A stretch of 64,000 nt of DNA from Lama glama (Eukaryota), in NCBI GenBank assembly GCA_028534125.1, contig CM052816.1:66528001-66592000 (forward strand). Reading direction: 5' to 3'. Every line of letters starts with the position of its first letter. Position 1 is the stretch's first letter. The notes below the pieces were generated by a model. That model had not been told where the DNA came from, searched no databases, and worked only from the letters and a program-made list of their open reading frames with translations. Shown here piece after piece: positions 29,230 to 43,069 of the stretch. The translations under genes were made by a program, and so were the position numbers.

Positions 29230-30340
29230 CATATTTTTCCATTCTTGTGTGTACTGAGGGTCTACTGCGTGCCAAATTTAGGGCCTGGCATGGGAAACGC
29301 AAAGTGAACCCAAGCCTCTCCCTGCCCTCAGGGAAGTCAGAGCAGAATGGAAGAGACAGTGCATTTACCTAGTAGTCTGATAAGTGCTGTGATACTATGA
29401 TAAAAGTATGTGCTGGGTGTTGTGGGAACTGAGAACAGGAATCACGAGGAAGGAGCCATGGGTTGGACTCAGAGAACAGATTCCAGAGAAGGAATTTCTT
29501 CTTTATTAGGTTTTGAAAGATGAGTGAGCTTAAATAAAGGTATGAGATGGGGAAGGGTATTATAAGCAGTGAGAATAACTTACATAGATGCTGGAGGCTG
29601 AAAGAGTTCATGGGAGGAGTGGGTGTGTTAAGTCTGAAGCATCATCGGTAAAGGCTGGAAGAACCAGACGTGATGTGCCCCATATGCCCTCACAAGGCAT
29701 TTAGGCTGCGTTGAAGGCTATGTGTAGTTACTGAAAGATTTTAAGGAAGCAGGTGACCTAGTATTTCAGTTTTATAAAATTAATTCTGGGGGCTGTAATA
29801 AAGATGGGTGGGGAACAAGATGGAGAAAGATGACCCAAACAGTAAAGAGATTACTGTTGTGATCCAAGTGAGAGGCCTTTATGAAAAGGAACATATAAAG
29901 AGTTAGACAGGTAGCGTCTCCTTTGGCCCATCTGGTTCATTTCAGTATCCCCAGTACTGTGGCATCTGGCAATCAAATATTGAATAAATGAATAAATAAC
30001 AATAGATTTGAGAGAGACTTAGAAAGTTGATTTTAATAGGATTTGGTACCTGATTGTATGTGGAGCCTGAGGAAGGAGGTGGGGCTTAGGATGATTGGCT
30101 GGGGCAGTCAGTTGGGGACAGGTGGCTGTGTACTGAAATAAATCAGGAATATAGAAGGGAGAGCCTGATATTCAGGGAAATACAGTGAGTTTAGGACATG
30201 TTGAATCAAACTTGGATGAGGATATTCAAATAGATCCAGAAAACAGTAGGATATACATGTCTATATCTCAAAAGCGAGGAAGATTTGGGAGTAAACACAT
30301 TTTGGGTAACATCGTGTAAGTGGATGAGAGCACAGAAAAA
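29230..30340 (-). mobile_element. L2 LINE fragments
   Basis: Purine-rich antisense L2 remnants, with an oppositely oriented L2 tail at about 29900-30000. Confidence 0.7.
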
Positions 30341-30799
30341 TGAATCCCTGTCATCCTTTCTACCCAGCAGCATTTTTTTGGTACTGGGGACATCTATGTA
30401 AAACATAAGTGTTGATAAACCTTTGAAGGAGGATTAAAAAGTCCTGAATAAATTCTATTTTTCCAAACCAAGGCCCCCGAATTCCATAAAAACAACTCCA
30501 AGATAATAGATATGCACAATGAACACCTTTGGTCTTCAAGAATGTTTCTCAGCCATCCCAAAGCCTGGCAGTCTGTAGGTTGAGACACAAGGCAATCTTT
30601 AAAGATGTAAAACTTCAGTTTTGGTGCACAGTAATTGCTAACTACATCTAAATCGGCTGTGACCATGGCAGTAACTCAGATCTTGGGTTATTTGACATTT
30701 ACTATTTTTAAAAGTAGTAAAAAAGAGTATTACAGATAAAGTCCCTTCAACCCTTCAAGAACTATTCTTGAATGTAATGTAACCTTATGTTTGCTAGAG

Positions 30800-30980
30800 A
30801 GGAAACATCCTCCAGTGGAAAAGCTTTGGAATCCATCCTGAGTTCAAATTCCTGTTCAATCATGTATTACCAATATGATCTCAGTAAATACCTAACCTCT
30901 CTAAGGTCCAGTTCCCTCATCTGTGAAGATTAAATGATAATAAAGCACGTGTACACCAAAGATGCTCAACAAATATTTGC
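30800..30980 (+). mobile_element. MIR SINE
   Basis: cctgagttcaaattcc...aacctctctaag...cagttccctcatctgtgaag...gctcaacaaatatttgc. Confidence 0.75.
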
Positions 30981-31084
30981 TCCTTTTCTTGTTCTGTTTC
31001 CCCTGTCTCCTTCCACACCCATGATGGCAGTAACCCTGGTTACCCAGAAAAAATAAATTAAAAAATGACTCATTCTCCCCTCTC

Positions 31085-31585
31085 TAGTCATGGTCCAGTC
31101 AGGAATACAAAAGTCACTTTAGGACTTTCAGAGAGAAGGAATTTCTTGCAGGCTATTGGTTGTACAGATGATGGAAGAGCTCAGAAGTCAAACAGAAGAT
31201 GGTGAGACAACCAAGAAGTTAGCAGCAGCAGGCAGCCACTACTGCCCCTTTGGTTGGAGAGACCCAGAGAGAAAGTGGAAATACTCCAGAACAGGGGTTC
31301 TCTACCAGAAAGTAGGATTATGGCGGTCACTGCCTATCGGGAGTTTGAAATTATGAAGCAAATGTAGTTACTGCTTGAGATGACCCTTGTACACAACCGG
31401 TTGAGAAAAAAAGGAGATGAAATCATCTGGACTCTTTCTTCCTTTTGCCCTCCAGTCAGTCTCCCATTGACCAAGTGGATTGGAAGCCAGTGAGAAAGAA
31501 ACCCAAGGAATGTAGTTGCAGGAGTCAATCTTATAGAACAAAGAAGGGGAAGGGAAGGGATGGATCTGAGCTTTAACTAGCAAAT
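31085..31585 (+). mobile_element. Old ERVL/MaLR-class LTR
   Basis: Shares recognisable blocks (gatggaagag..agaag..agcagg.agcca.tac) with the inverted copy at 43070-43540. Confidence 0.55.
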
Positions 31586-32985
31586 ACTTTCCTTCTTCCT
31601 TAACTTTTTTCTTCCATCAGTTTTGTACCACCTCTATCTTCTCTTCCTCTTGAATCCCAAAGTGACACAAGTGCTCAGAGCTCTAGTTCACTAGTCAGGA
31701 GAATGCCAGGCAGTGGAGGGTTAGAGGAGGGACAATGCAGACTGAGGACCATTAAGACTGGAGTCATTCTTGCTCCAGGGCCTCCGTGATTTGAAACATC
31801 ATCAGACTTTTTTACACTGCAGTGACTTTACTCTAATGAAAATAGGTGCAACTAAAAATGAGTAAGGCACATTTTCATAAGGTTCATAGAGAAATCAATG
31901 TTGGTATTTTATAACAAATTCCATGCAGGGGAGAGTCAGTATATTTCTAAGGCTTGGAGTAAACTCTTCTATAAACAGAAACATGGAGATTACATTTTCT
32001 TTTTCTTTGACTTATCAGAGATTCTCATATACATATGCTTAGATTCATGCTTTGTTCTAACACTTCTTTATGCCCTATTAACTTTAGTAATGGAAAGTAT
32101 CTCTGTTTGAATTGCCACAATTTAATTATGTTAGTGAATTCAAACTAAAAAGTTAAACTCCCATATGCAGTGTTGGAATTTAGTATCATGGTTCATCAAT
32201 GTTTGGAATTCAATTGAATATAGTGTATGGATTTTGCTCCTGGGATTAGCTTTATAATACAATTGTATGTAAAAAAAATTGATTTTAATGAATGAGGTGC
32301 AATATCTTCACTTCCAAGATAAAAATAATAAATGTACTGAGATACCTCTGCCATGAAATACTAAATGATTAGACATTTTAACTCAACCATGCAAGTTAGA
32401 ACAACTTCTCTTTTTTAAGGCCCATAACAAATTAGTTAGAATCCAGACAGCAGGACCATTTAAATGAAATAAAATCAGTAATGCCTTTCTTTGGCACTGC
32501 TTTGGAATCAGTGGCAGCAGAATGACCTTTAAAGTTGGGATCATGTCGAACATACCAAAAGAATTTTTAAACTGAATTTAAAAATATCTTCGCAAGTGGA
32601 CTTTGACAAATGCATTCATAAGTGGCGGTGAGAACCAAATTGAAAGGAATATGTGTGTACATTAACACAATTTAAAGCCCTACTGTGTAAAACATTAATC
32701 TCAAAGAAAATATGCAAGTTATATTTTTTGTTTAAAGTAAAAAACTTGTGGCAAAAAAATCAGTCCCCCAAATAAGAAACATTTGTGGCTCAAACAGAAT
32801 CAAACATAAAACAATTAGAAAAATATATATGATCTAGTAGGAAAAGCTTGGAGTTTTAATCAGATTCATCAAGCTTGACACAACTGGGCCAATGGCATGC
32901 TGAGTGTCATGAATGTGACATTGCTTGATTATCATTTTTCTCTGCTGTAAAATAAGGATAATAATAAAAATTGTGTTGGAATCTG

Positions 32986-33055
32986 TTAGTTTGAATCATG
33001 TGACACTGACAATATTTGACCATTTTGACCTACCAAGAAGCCATTTCTTTTCATT
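32986..33055. mobile_element. MADE2-like mariner-derived MITE
   Basis: ttagtttgaatcatgtgacactgacaatatttgaccattttgacctacc resembles the MADE2 consensus as recalled. Confidence 0.5.
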
Positions 33056-33559
33056 TAAAAAAATAACAAAGAGAGGAAATAAAAAAATGTTACATTTTCT
33101 CCCCCATTTTAGTATTGTATTTATTCACATTTCCTTTTGTTTTACATTGACATTAGTTGTTATCTATATTCTCTGTTGTATTAAATTGTGACAACTCTTC
33201 AGTAAAGAATATTTCCTGCAGAGTAAATAAGAGTAACTGAGGGTAAATCACAATATAATATGTGACATGCACTTCAGCAAAGAGGATGTCTTGTGCTTAA
33301 TTAAATATTACTAGAGACTTCCAATTATTAATTGCTTCATTCAGCATGCTCGTGAAGGTCAAGTAAGGAAAGCCCTGAAGTGAGAGCAATTTACTTTCTT
33401 ATACCTGACAAAACTGAAAGCCAGTCCCACAGACATTTGCCACACGCGAGTCCTCCTTTTTGGCTTTTTCTTGTTGAAGTCCTTTTCTCAGCTATCTTCC
33501 AAAAACCTTCCGCTCCTGTGTTGTAAGAAGTACCAGATTTCTTTGATATTATAAATTAT

Positions 33560-33800
33560 TCCTTGAAAAACATATTCACTGGCAAATAATTTTGGGAAAA
33601 ACTGGGCTGAATAAATGTAAACTTTTCTTTTTTTAAGTCAGAACTCCACAGGAGCTTGAATAGGCGCTATCCTGTTTTGTGAATCTCCAAGGGAGGAAGA
33701 GAGCGTGAAATCTTCTCCAATCTTATTTTCCCCAGTTTACTATTTTCCTCGGATGAGCTTTTAAGATTGCAGGTAGTGTTCTACGGAATGTAGTTTGCCA
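33560..33800. mobile_element. hAT-Charlie-type DNA transposon relic
   Basis: ttttgggaaaaactggg...gtgaatctccaagggagg...gtgttctacggaatgtagtttg. Confidence 0.45.
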
Positions 33801-34068
33801 ATGGAGGCAATCATCATCTTTTATAACCTACATTTACTTTTAAAAAGTCTTGAACCTGTCAGATGGATTGGGCTGGGAGCTCAGACCTTTATGGTGGTAG
33901 GACGCTCTCTAGGTGACAGGGCATTTAGTGCTGCCTCTGACATCACAGTTCCACAGCCCCTGGGTGTCTTATCCACGGTCTTCGTCAGTTAAGAACATTT
34001 TCCCTCTAGAGGGAGGAATTTATGGCCCAGAAATCAACTAGATGGCAAGGTGACTAATTTTAGTCTGC

Positions 34069-34568
34069 NNNNNNNNNNNNNNNNNNNNNNNNNNNNNNNN
34101 NNNNNNNNNNNNNNNNNNNNNNNNNNNNNNNNNNNNNNNNNNNNNNNNNNNNNNNNNNNNNNNNNNNNNNNNNNNNNNNNNNNNNNNNNNNNNNNNNNNN
34201 NNNNNNNNNNNNNNNNNNNNNNNNNNNNNNNNNNNNNNNNNNNNNNNNNNNNNNNNNNNNNNNNNNNNNNNNNNNNNNNNNNNNNNNNNNNNNNNNNNNN
34301 NNNNNNNNNNNNNNNNNNNNNNNNNNNNNNNNNNNNNNNNNNNNNNNNNNNNNNNNNNNNNNNNNNNNNNNNNNNNNNNNNNNNNNNNNNNNNNNNNNNN
34401 NNNNNNNNNNNNNNNNNNNNNNNNNNNNNNNNNNNNNNNNNNNNNNNNNNNNNNNNNNNNNNNNNNNNNNNNNNNNNNNNNNNNNNNNNNNNNNNNNNNN
34501 NNNNNNNNNNNNNNNNNNNNNNNNNNNNNNNNNNNNNNNNNNNNNNNNNNNNNNNNNNNNNNNNNNNN
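34069..34568. other. Assembly gap (500 N)
   Basis: Run of n from 34069 to 34568; the round length suggests a placeholder. Confidence 1.
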
Positions 34569-37213
34569 CTTCCACTCTGTTAGTGCAGCATCAAAATGAC
34601 CAAACTATCATTTATTTCAGTTCCACAGACATGGTCTTAATTTCTCTATGTGTTTTGATGACTTTTCCTCAGTGAAGCACTATGAGCTTTTCAGAAAACG
34701 TAGGAGGCATATTGGTGTTATTTACCCAGCGCCATTGCCACAGTATCAGTCTGAAGTTACATGATAAGTGTCTGTAGGGGCAAGTATCTTGTCAACTTGA
34801 AGGAATTTTAGATCAATAAAGTAGACAGAATCTCAACATTTGGTCATATTCCAATCTACCGACACAGATGAAGTTACTGTGGATTGTTTTCCAAACACTG
34901 AGTGCTTGTTTTAAGTGGGTGTGAGATGAATGAAAGGCCAGCTTCCTGACAAGCTAATGGAAGATCATTGCTCACTTTAGAAAATAAAGCAAACCAACAC
35001 AAAAAGCACAAGAGTAACCAAAGTCTCCAAAACATAAGGCAGATGTCATGAGAGAGATGAACATTTTTGAGCACTTTGAGCTAGGATTCCCTGTAGTTAA
35101 GAAAATAAAATAAAACCTTTTGAGAAACGAACCATTTTGTTAGCTTGTTTTGTTTGCTTTCCTTTTGCTTTCTTGGTGGTAGACCCTACTCATTAGGACA
35201 AAGTGAAGCACTTAGATGTTTAAAAGACATGTCTTTAAAAGACAGGTATTTAACTATTTCTTAGAAGACTTTGAGCAGTGTATTAACTCACTGTCTTGCT
35301 GAAAACAAGAAAAAGACAGAAAAGCTAAATGACACTAGCCCTATTCAGAAAAAGCAATTAGTTCCTATAAAATAGTTGATAATGTACAATGTCATTCATG
35401 ACAATCCTGATTTGTGAATTTCAGGTTCTTTCAGAAAAATGCTTCTGTATCATTTCAAGGTCAACTTTGACAACCCATAGCACCTTTATGGAAAACATTC
35501 TGTTGGTTCAGGTGCTTTCAACAACCCAAACCAGTGTGAAAGTTTGCACTTCTTATCTAAAAATGGCTTCCCAAGAATAAACATACCAGATCAAATTTGC
35601 AAGCCATTGAAGTCTCTCTGGCTTAATAGTTTTATCCCTAGGAACTCTGGACTGTTAGAGCCATTCATTAAGAAGACTTCAGCTGTCTGATTGCTATACC
35701 TCAGCTCTCTTTGGAGAGATTATACATCCTATATCTCCCCAGAGTGGGAGGCGTGCCAGCCTGACTAATGAAGGCTGTCACCATGATGCGACCAGTCACC
35801 AGGGCCAGCAACACTATTGTGTCATTGCTAGATCATGGTGCAAAGTGGCACTTTCAGTATTGAAGTAAAGCCTGATTCATCATCTTACGCTTTTTATTTT
35901 GAGCCAGTGCTTAAAGAACACATGATTACTTGTGTACAGCAAAAAGGGCAATGTTTATATCCTTAGCTGGTACAAGCCAAGCAAAATGAAGTCTCAGGTG
36001 GAGTGTACAAGATAATGCAATTTCGGCCTTCAGCACTGGGCCAGAAAATGGCAGAATCTGTAAAACTGAAAAGCCCATTTACTGCTGAGGCATTTAAAGT
36101 GAAAAAGAAAGAAATTGTAGTAATAATGATGACAACAACAACACAAATTATGATGAGTTCAATGTGGCAAGGACCTTCGGTGAAAACTTAATTTCCATTT
36201 AAAAAACACATTTAAATGTACTGAATAGAAATCTCACATTTCTATTTCTAGACCATCTCTTTGAAATCATCTCTTTCATAGTATTTTAGAGGGAGGCACT
36301 GGTTCCTTAATTCTAGCAGATACTACCTTTGCCATTTTAAAGACAGAGAAATCAATTGTCAGAGAAGTTGACTGGTTCACTGTTGCAGAGTCAGTGGTAA
36401 ATAGAACCTGAAGACAAAGAGCACAAATAAAATAAAGTTCAACTCTTTGTTCACTTAATCCAACATTGTAAAGAGGCCATACTGCCCCTGAATCCATTGG
36501 GAGGAGCAAAACTTAAAGATGAATCTTCCCAGAAGTTTTGAGGTTCACTTCTTTTGAAGCTTGGGCACAGCTGGAGTGACAGTTCGGGGCTCGGGCAAGG
36601 GAAGTAGCCTGAAGTCAACAGCGCTGACTTTGCACGTCACGAGCTGTTGGACCTAGACCATGTCCTTCTCTGAGTCTGTCCTCAACTGCAAATCAAGGCT
36701 AACACCACCTTAACCGTACATCAGAGCTATTGTGAGAATCACACTGAGTAACAGGTTTGAAATGTACAAAAGTAGGATGCAAAGTACTCTACCAAAATGA
36801 GGTATTATTACTAATCATTATTATGGGTACCATAAGCAAAGCCATGATAGGTAGAAGCTCTGCTATGGAGGGACCCAGGGAGAATATTGTGAGAATATCT
36901 ATTTGGAGCTATGAGGGACCCAGAGTTCCTGCTTCTGTTAGGGGCAAAGCGAGGCTGGGCCACTCTTAATTGCCCACGCCAAATTCAAGGGAAGCACTTG
37001 TGTGGCATCTAAAGTGAATCCCAGATTCTGACTTTCCACTTGTTAGGAGACTCCTGATCTTCAGGTTTTAACCTAGCCTTTCCTGGAAACTCAGAAGGCT
37101 CTCTTCTTTTTTATTCTTTTTGATTTCTTTGTTTCAGCTGCCTACCATGACCAGCATGCCACTCTTGATATTGCTGGCACCGAGCTTCCTGTCCCTCTTC
37201 TAAGAGACATATA

Positions 37214-37345
37214 CAGTTGGCCCTTTGTATCTGCAGGTTCCGCATCCATGGATTCAATGAACCACTGATCGCCATTTTATGAGACTTGAGCATCTGTGGA
37301 TTTTGGTATCTGAGGAGATCCTGGAACCAACGCCCTGCAGACTCA
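37214..37345 (+). mobile_element. MER2-like (TcMar-Tigger) internally deleted element
   Basis: TA followed by cagttggccctttgtatctgcaggttccgcatccatggattcaa, similar to the MER2 terminus. Confidence 0.7.
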
Positions 37346-38515
37346 TACACTCACGTGCGTGTGCGTGTATGCTATAATCTTTTTCTTCAAAATGTCCTGC
37401 CACTATCTACCTCCTTTTTTGGCCTTGAATATAAAATCTTTTAGACCATAACTGTATTTACTTCTCTCTATTAAGAATCTTTGGGAATGGTCATAGCCAT
37501 GAAAAGCAACAATAAAGGTCACTCATCTCTAGGTCCTTAAAAATGTCAGAAGCATGAAACAAAGCAAACAAACAAAAGCCAATGAGTAGGCTTGGGTAAC
37601 AGCCTTGTGGAGCCCTGTTCTGGCACCTATGTGGCTGCTATTGTGTTGATTTGTTTTCTTTGGATCACTTCCTAAACCTATGTATTAACTTTGAATATAA
37701 TTACAATGTCAACTTACTTTTTCAGCCAAAGACAATTACATGCTGTATGAAGGAGATAAACTCAAGCCTTGCTAATCACAGTGTGACATACTACCGATCA
37801 TGGGCAGTGAGCCCACCTGTAATGAAAACATGAGAATCGAAGAATCAAAAGTGTAGCGAGACATATTTAAGACTATTTACCAGAGAGTAAGTGTACAAAG
37901 GACATTGTCACAGGACTAAATTCACCATATGTATTTTCTTAGGCTGCCCCAGCCTTTGGGTGGGGGGGTGGGAAAAAACGGAATGAGATGAGCAGTTATG
38001 ATGTTGGTTTTTTGGAATCTCACTCCCCCTTGTTACTGCAGAACCTTCAACTTCCAGTAAAACGCTTCTCTCCCACTATTTATGGAGTCTGCAGGCGCTA
38101 TGCCACTGGCCTTCTCCTGTGGGTTCTTCTAGCTGCTTTAGCCACTGGCCATTTTGTTTCTTCTGCTCTTCTAACCCCTGTGAAAAATCCAGAGGCTTCC
38201 ACAGGCCCATCCACCCAGTGCTCTGAGGTACTGCTATTAGCAATGTTCTGCTTTTGCCCTGAAACCTTCCAGATGCCAAAATGAATGTATGGAATCCAGA
38301 AACCTCAGTGGTTGAAGACACAGAGCACATGGCATGTGTGTGCAGAAGCGGGAAGAAGGTTCCACCCGCCCCCATTCTGTGTGGCACTCTGTCATGTGAA
38401 TATCTAAGTCTTGCTGTTTTGTGAGTTTTCAGTGAAAACAAAGATTTCAGGTTGCACTCACAGTGCTGTCTCTACCTGGGAACAAGTCATAGGTTATGGA
38501 GTCAAGTGAGGACAA

Positions 38516-39184
38516 TTTAGGTTGTTTCCACATCTTGGCTATTGTAAATGGTGCTGCCATGAACATGGGGATGCATGTCTATTCAAATTAGAGTTCCCTT
38601 CGGATACATGCCCAGGAGTGGGGTTGCTGGATCATATGGTAAGTCTAGTTTTTTAAGGAATCTCCATACTGTTTTCCGTAACGGCTGCACCAAACTAACA
38701 GTGTAGGAAGTTTCCTTTTTCTCCACATCTTCTCCAGCATTTATTGTTTGTGGATTTTCTAATGATGGCCATTCTGACTAAGTGAAGTAAGCCAGAAAGA
38801 GAAAGAAAAATACCATATAATATCACTTATATGTGGAACCTTCAAAAAAAGGATTCAAATAAACATTTAAAAAACAGAGATAGATTCATAGACACAGAAA
38901 ATAAACTTATAGTTACCTGGGGGGGAGGGGGGCAGGGTGGAGAGATAAATTGGGAGTCTGGAATTTGTAGATACTAATGACTATAGATGAAATAGATGAA
39001 TTACAAGGTCCTACTGTATAGCACAGAGAGTGATATTCAATACTTTGTAATACTTGTAATAATGAAAAAGAATATGAAAGGAATATATATATGTATATGT
39101 ATATGTATAACTGAATCACTAGGCTGTACACTTGAAATTAACACAACACTGTAAACCAACTATACTTCAATTAAAAAAAAAAAG
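38516..39184 (+). mobile_element. Young lineage-specific L1, 5'-inverted (38516-38779 antisense; 38780-39184 sense with polyA)
   Basis: Orientation switch at about 38779; polyA tail; TSD AGTGAGGACAA (38505-38515) / AGTGAGGCCAA (39185-39195). Confidence 0.92.
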
Positions 39185-42149
39185 AGTGAGGCCAAATCTC
39201 AGTGACGGACGTCATGCTGAACTATGGATTTTTTTCTTTCATCTGATGAAGTGGCAAATCATGCAGGTCCTAAGGTCAGACCTAAGTCCAAGTCCCAGTT
39301 CTGTCAAAACCAGTTTTGTGACTTTGGGCAAGTTCCTTGACTTCTCTGGACTTTTATCACATCTATTGTAAATTAGGCATAAAATCCATGTTAAAGGAGT
39401 CAGAACCTTCGAGGATTGTTAAAATAATCCATGATAGTGGCTGGCACAGACTCAATAAATATCAGCTATCACTTTTTTTCCAAAATATTCACAGCTTGGG
39501 GAAATCTAATTCTTAGTGTGAAAAACATGAGGTTAAACTAATTTCAGATAAACATAGGGAAAACTTATTTTATAAGAGCTTTCTGTATGGGTAGGGTAGA
39601 AATATTTTATATCTTCAGAAGGAAAAGAGTAGCCTTCTCATCTTCTCTCATCCCCATGAGTTAATTTATATGGTGGGTAGGAACTATGGAGTTACATAAC
39701 AAACTTGTATCTTGGGTGACCGTTTCATTTAGGACATCTCTACAAATGTGTGTATTTATTTTTGTTTGATTTTCTTTATTGTCCAGAGAGCACCAAATAC
39801 CTTGATTGAGCTGCTATTCTTTCCTCCATGACTGGATTAGCTGCGCTGATGGAATGAAATGGATATTTTTGGCACAGTGTAAACCGTAGTTTTAATGTTT
39901 CTATTTGTGATTTTCTTTATGTGTCAGATGAGAGTAATCATGCAACTGTAAGGAATACAATGAGAAGTGACTAGTAAAACTCATCAAAATGCTCTGAAAT
40001 GCAGAGTGCTTTGTAAACAGTAATGACACATTGTAGGTACAACATTGAGGACCCTGTTTTATCCCTAAAACCAAGGATTTCTATTAAATTAACATCATAG
40101 GAGATGGCAAATTACCATATGTTGAATTTAGGCTGGACTCCTGATCTTTCTTCATGTACACAGGAGAAAATATGAATTGTGGTCAGAATGAGAATCTAGA
40201 CATTTTTATCAAAATAAATAAAGCAGAGTTATTTTGTAATTTTTGAATTGCACCTGCTATATCTTCTCTAGGGGAAACGTACAAAACAACAAAAAAAATC
40301 AAGCTTCAAAAATTAAATTTCATCTCCTTTTCACATAGGTACTTTGAAGCATTAAGTTCAATTTCCAAGAAGGGCCTTAGTGGTGGAAGGTTTTGGTTGA
40401 AGGAATAAACTGTGTGCTATGATAATTGCCCCAGAGGATTTCATTGCATTGACATTCTTTTATTCATGAGTAATGAGTGCCAAAACTTATTTCAAAGTAT
40501 AATGATGAATATGCTAATATAAATTTTGTTCTATCCACAAATGATTGGATATCTTACAGACAAGAACTGGTTCATTATCACAATGTGAAAGCTGAATTGT
40601 GAGGTTATGAAGGGTTTTCTTGACCTCTTTTGCATAAAAAAGACCACATGGAATCAAGTTGCTACAAATAAATTTGTACAATGTCCATTTTCCCTTCATT
40701 TGGGTCAGCTCAAGCCATTGGATATTATTTGCTAATGCCCAAACTCATTATATTTTATATTTTTCTCATCTTTTGCTACAGTGGTGATTCTAAGATTTTA
40801 AGATATGAAGTCATTAGCTATAAAACAATCACTGATATTTACTGGTTGGATGGTATAGTTCTACGGAGAAGAACGATTTCATTTATACTTACTCTGATAA
40901 GATTAAGAGATGTTTTTGTAAACAATTAAGAAGATTGAATAATGGACATACTACTACGAAGCCAAGAATTGTACAAGGTATCTAAAAATAGGTAACATTT
41001 ATTAGAATAAATAACAACTAAGGAAATATTGTTTATAAGCTACAGAAAAAAGTTAGATCATTGTCAAAATAACACTACACTCTTGATAATACATTGGTTT
41101 TATATTATTTTATTTTTTTCTATAGGTTTTAGGTGCAGTCCTTGCTTCTAAACGATCAAGTCTTAATACTTCATATGGTCTTCTAAAGATTGAAGTTCAA
41201 AAATCAGCATCAATTAAATAATCAAATTCAGCATTTAAATATCAAGTCATAGAGAATCATGCTGATTGCATGTTATTACAGTCAACTGGCAGTTTTACAA
41301 ATGCAAAGAGATTTGAGAAGTTATTATGATGTGAGCAAAGAAGAGCTGTCTCTTGTTTGTGGGTGGTTTTAACAGAGTGATTAAAAAATGTACTTAGATT
41401 AGCTGAGTCAGCCTGTGCCTCTTGTTCTAAAATGGGTATTTACCATCACCAAGATTAAAGGCCTAAAATATCTCTTACACATCAATCATTTTATTCAGAT
41501 TTTCTTACCACTCTACCATATCTCTTAACACAATGACTAGGATGCTCATTGTGGGGATTTGCCATTTTCTGTGCACAACCTGTTTGAAAAGCAATGATGC
41601 TATTTCCAGAAGGCAATTGATTTTAAACTATTTGAGTTGTAGCATTCATACATTAGCATTTTTAAATCATTTCTTTAAAATCTCCAATCTCATCTGGACA
41701 CTTGGGCTTAGTTTTAGACAAACTTCTCTTTCGCAGCTACCAAAGGTTAGGCCCCCTTTTGGAGATTTAATGCTGAGTGACTTTTCTCTTTTATGGCTGG
41801 TTTCTTGATTAAACAACACCAGGATATTTGTCTTTTTTTTTTTTTAAACTTACTGCTCTTCTTTCTAAATGAGACAATAATTTTGTAAATGAGGCATTTT
41901 ATAAAAGAAAGGTACTTTGTATTCAGATTTCCTTTTAGGAACCCTATGCTGGGGAAACTGACTGTCACCTTTGTTCTGGACTATTTCTGAAATAGCTGGC
42001 TTTTGTTTTACAAAATGGAGTGTGTATTTCAAATTAGATGGCACCTTTGAAACCATATGCTCCAATCTACTCATCCATAGAGAAGAGATTTTGTTTAGAA
42101 GATGTGATTTGATCTAGGAGGAAATCAGATCCATTTAGTAATGCGCAAT

Positions 42150-42765
42150 GGGAGTGGCTACTGGGATTTATTTTCCATGAGTGAAATTGTAAAGTTTGCA
42201 AAATATTTTAACCACAATCAGTTAAGACCATGGTCTCTTTCCTCTTCCACTTTTCGTATTCTCCCTCTTGTCAGGTAGTGTTGGTGTGGCCACATTTGGG
42301 GGATTTGGTACAAAGTCATGTTGAATTGGAAATACATTTAGTATAAAATGGTTTTAGAGGGTGATATTCTACCAATTTATATAAGCTTCAGACCTGATCT
42401 TGACTACTTTCTCTTTCTCTACACTTAGTGAATTAGTGTTTTAGATTTTAGAACATAATGTGTCAATCTCTTTGAAAGATACTTGACAAAGTATTTTACC
42501 CTTTGGTAATAGGTGAAAAGTGTGCGGTAGGTTAGAGCATAAAAAGGAGAATTTACAGCTAGCTGAGAAATTGATGAATGTTAATCACTGTGGATTCTGA
42601 CTTTATTTAAAATTTTAATATTTGGTTTACCCTGGAACTTTGCATTAACTTTGATTTTTAAAAATACTGCATTAAAATATTGTTTCTCTTGATCACCAAG
42701 TTTTTTGACATTCCCTCAATTTTGTGCCTGAGGTGGGTACTTCACCTGCCCCACCCTGGCCCCTT
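42150..42765. mobile_element. hAT (Tip100-class) DNA transposon relic
   Basis: End motif cctcaattttgtgcctgaggtgggtacttcacctgccccaccctggcccc resembles hAT-Tip100 MER termini. Confidence 0.5.
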
Positions 42766-43069
42766 TGTGGTTGTGATCTCAAGCCTTAGCCCTGCCACAT
42801 TCAAAATATTTCATGATAATTTGAATATAGGTATATAAAGCATATTGACTGATTTCTAAATAACACAAGGCTAGAGGGGATAAGAGAGGTTTACAGCATG
42901 GAAAAGGCTGACTGAAAGTCAAAAAAAATGAGATTAAGCAAGATAAGAGGAAAGATCTTACTTACATTCAAAAAGCCAATTGCCAAATACAAACAAACAA
43001 ACAAAAAACTAATTTACTAACAGTTCATGTAAAAAACGACCTGGTTCTATCTTAACAGTACACTTAAAA

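Noticed and set aside
34050..34583. 177 and 171 aa poly-X ORFs
   Set aside because: Artefacts of the N gap.
35223..35249. Palindrome AAAGACATGTCTTT containing a perfect p53 half-site
   Set aside because: The partner half-site is 5 nt away with a broken core (CAGG); more likely a small local duplication.
41100..41250. Strong-looking splice acceptor (ttttttctatag|G) suggesting a lncRNA exon
   Set aside because: No matching donor or coding frame identified; such sites are common in T-rich DNA and need transcript data.
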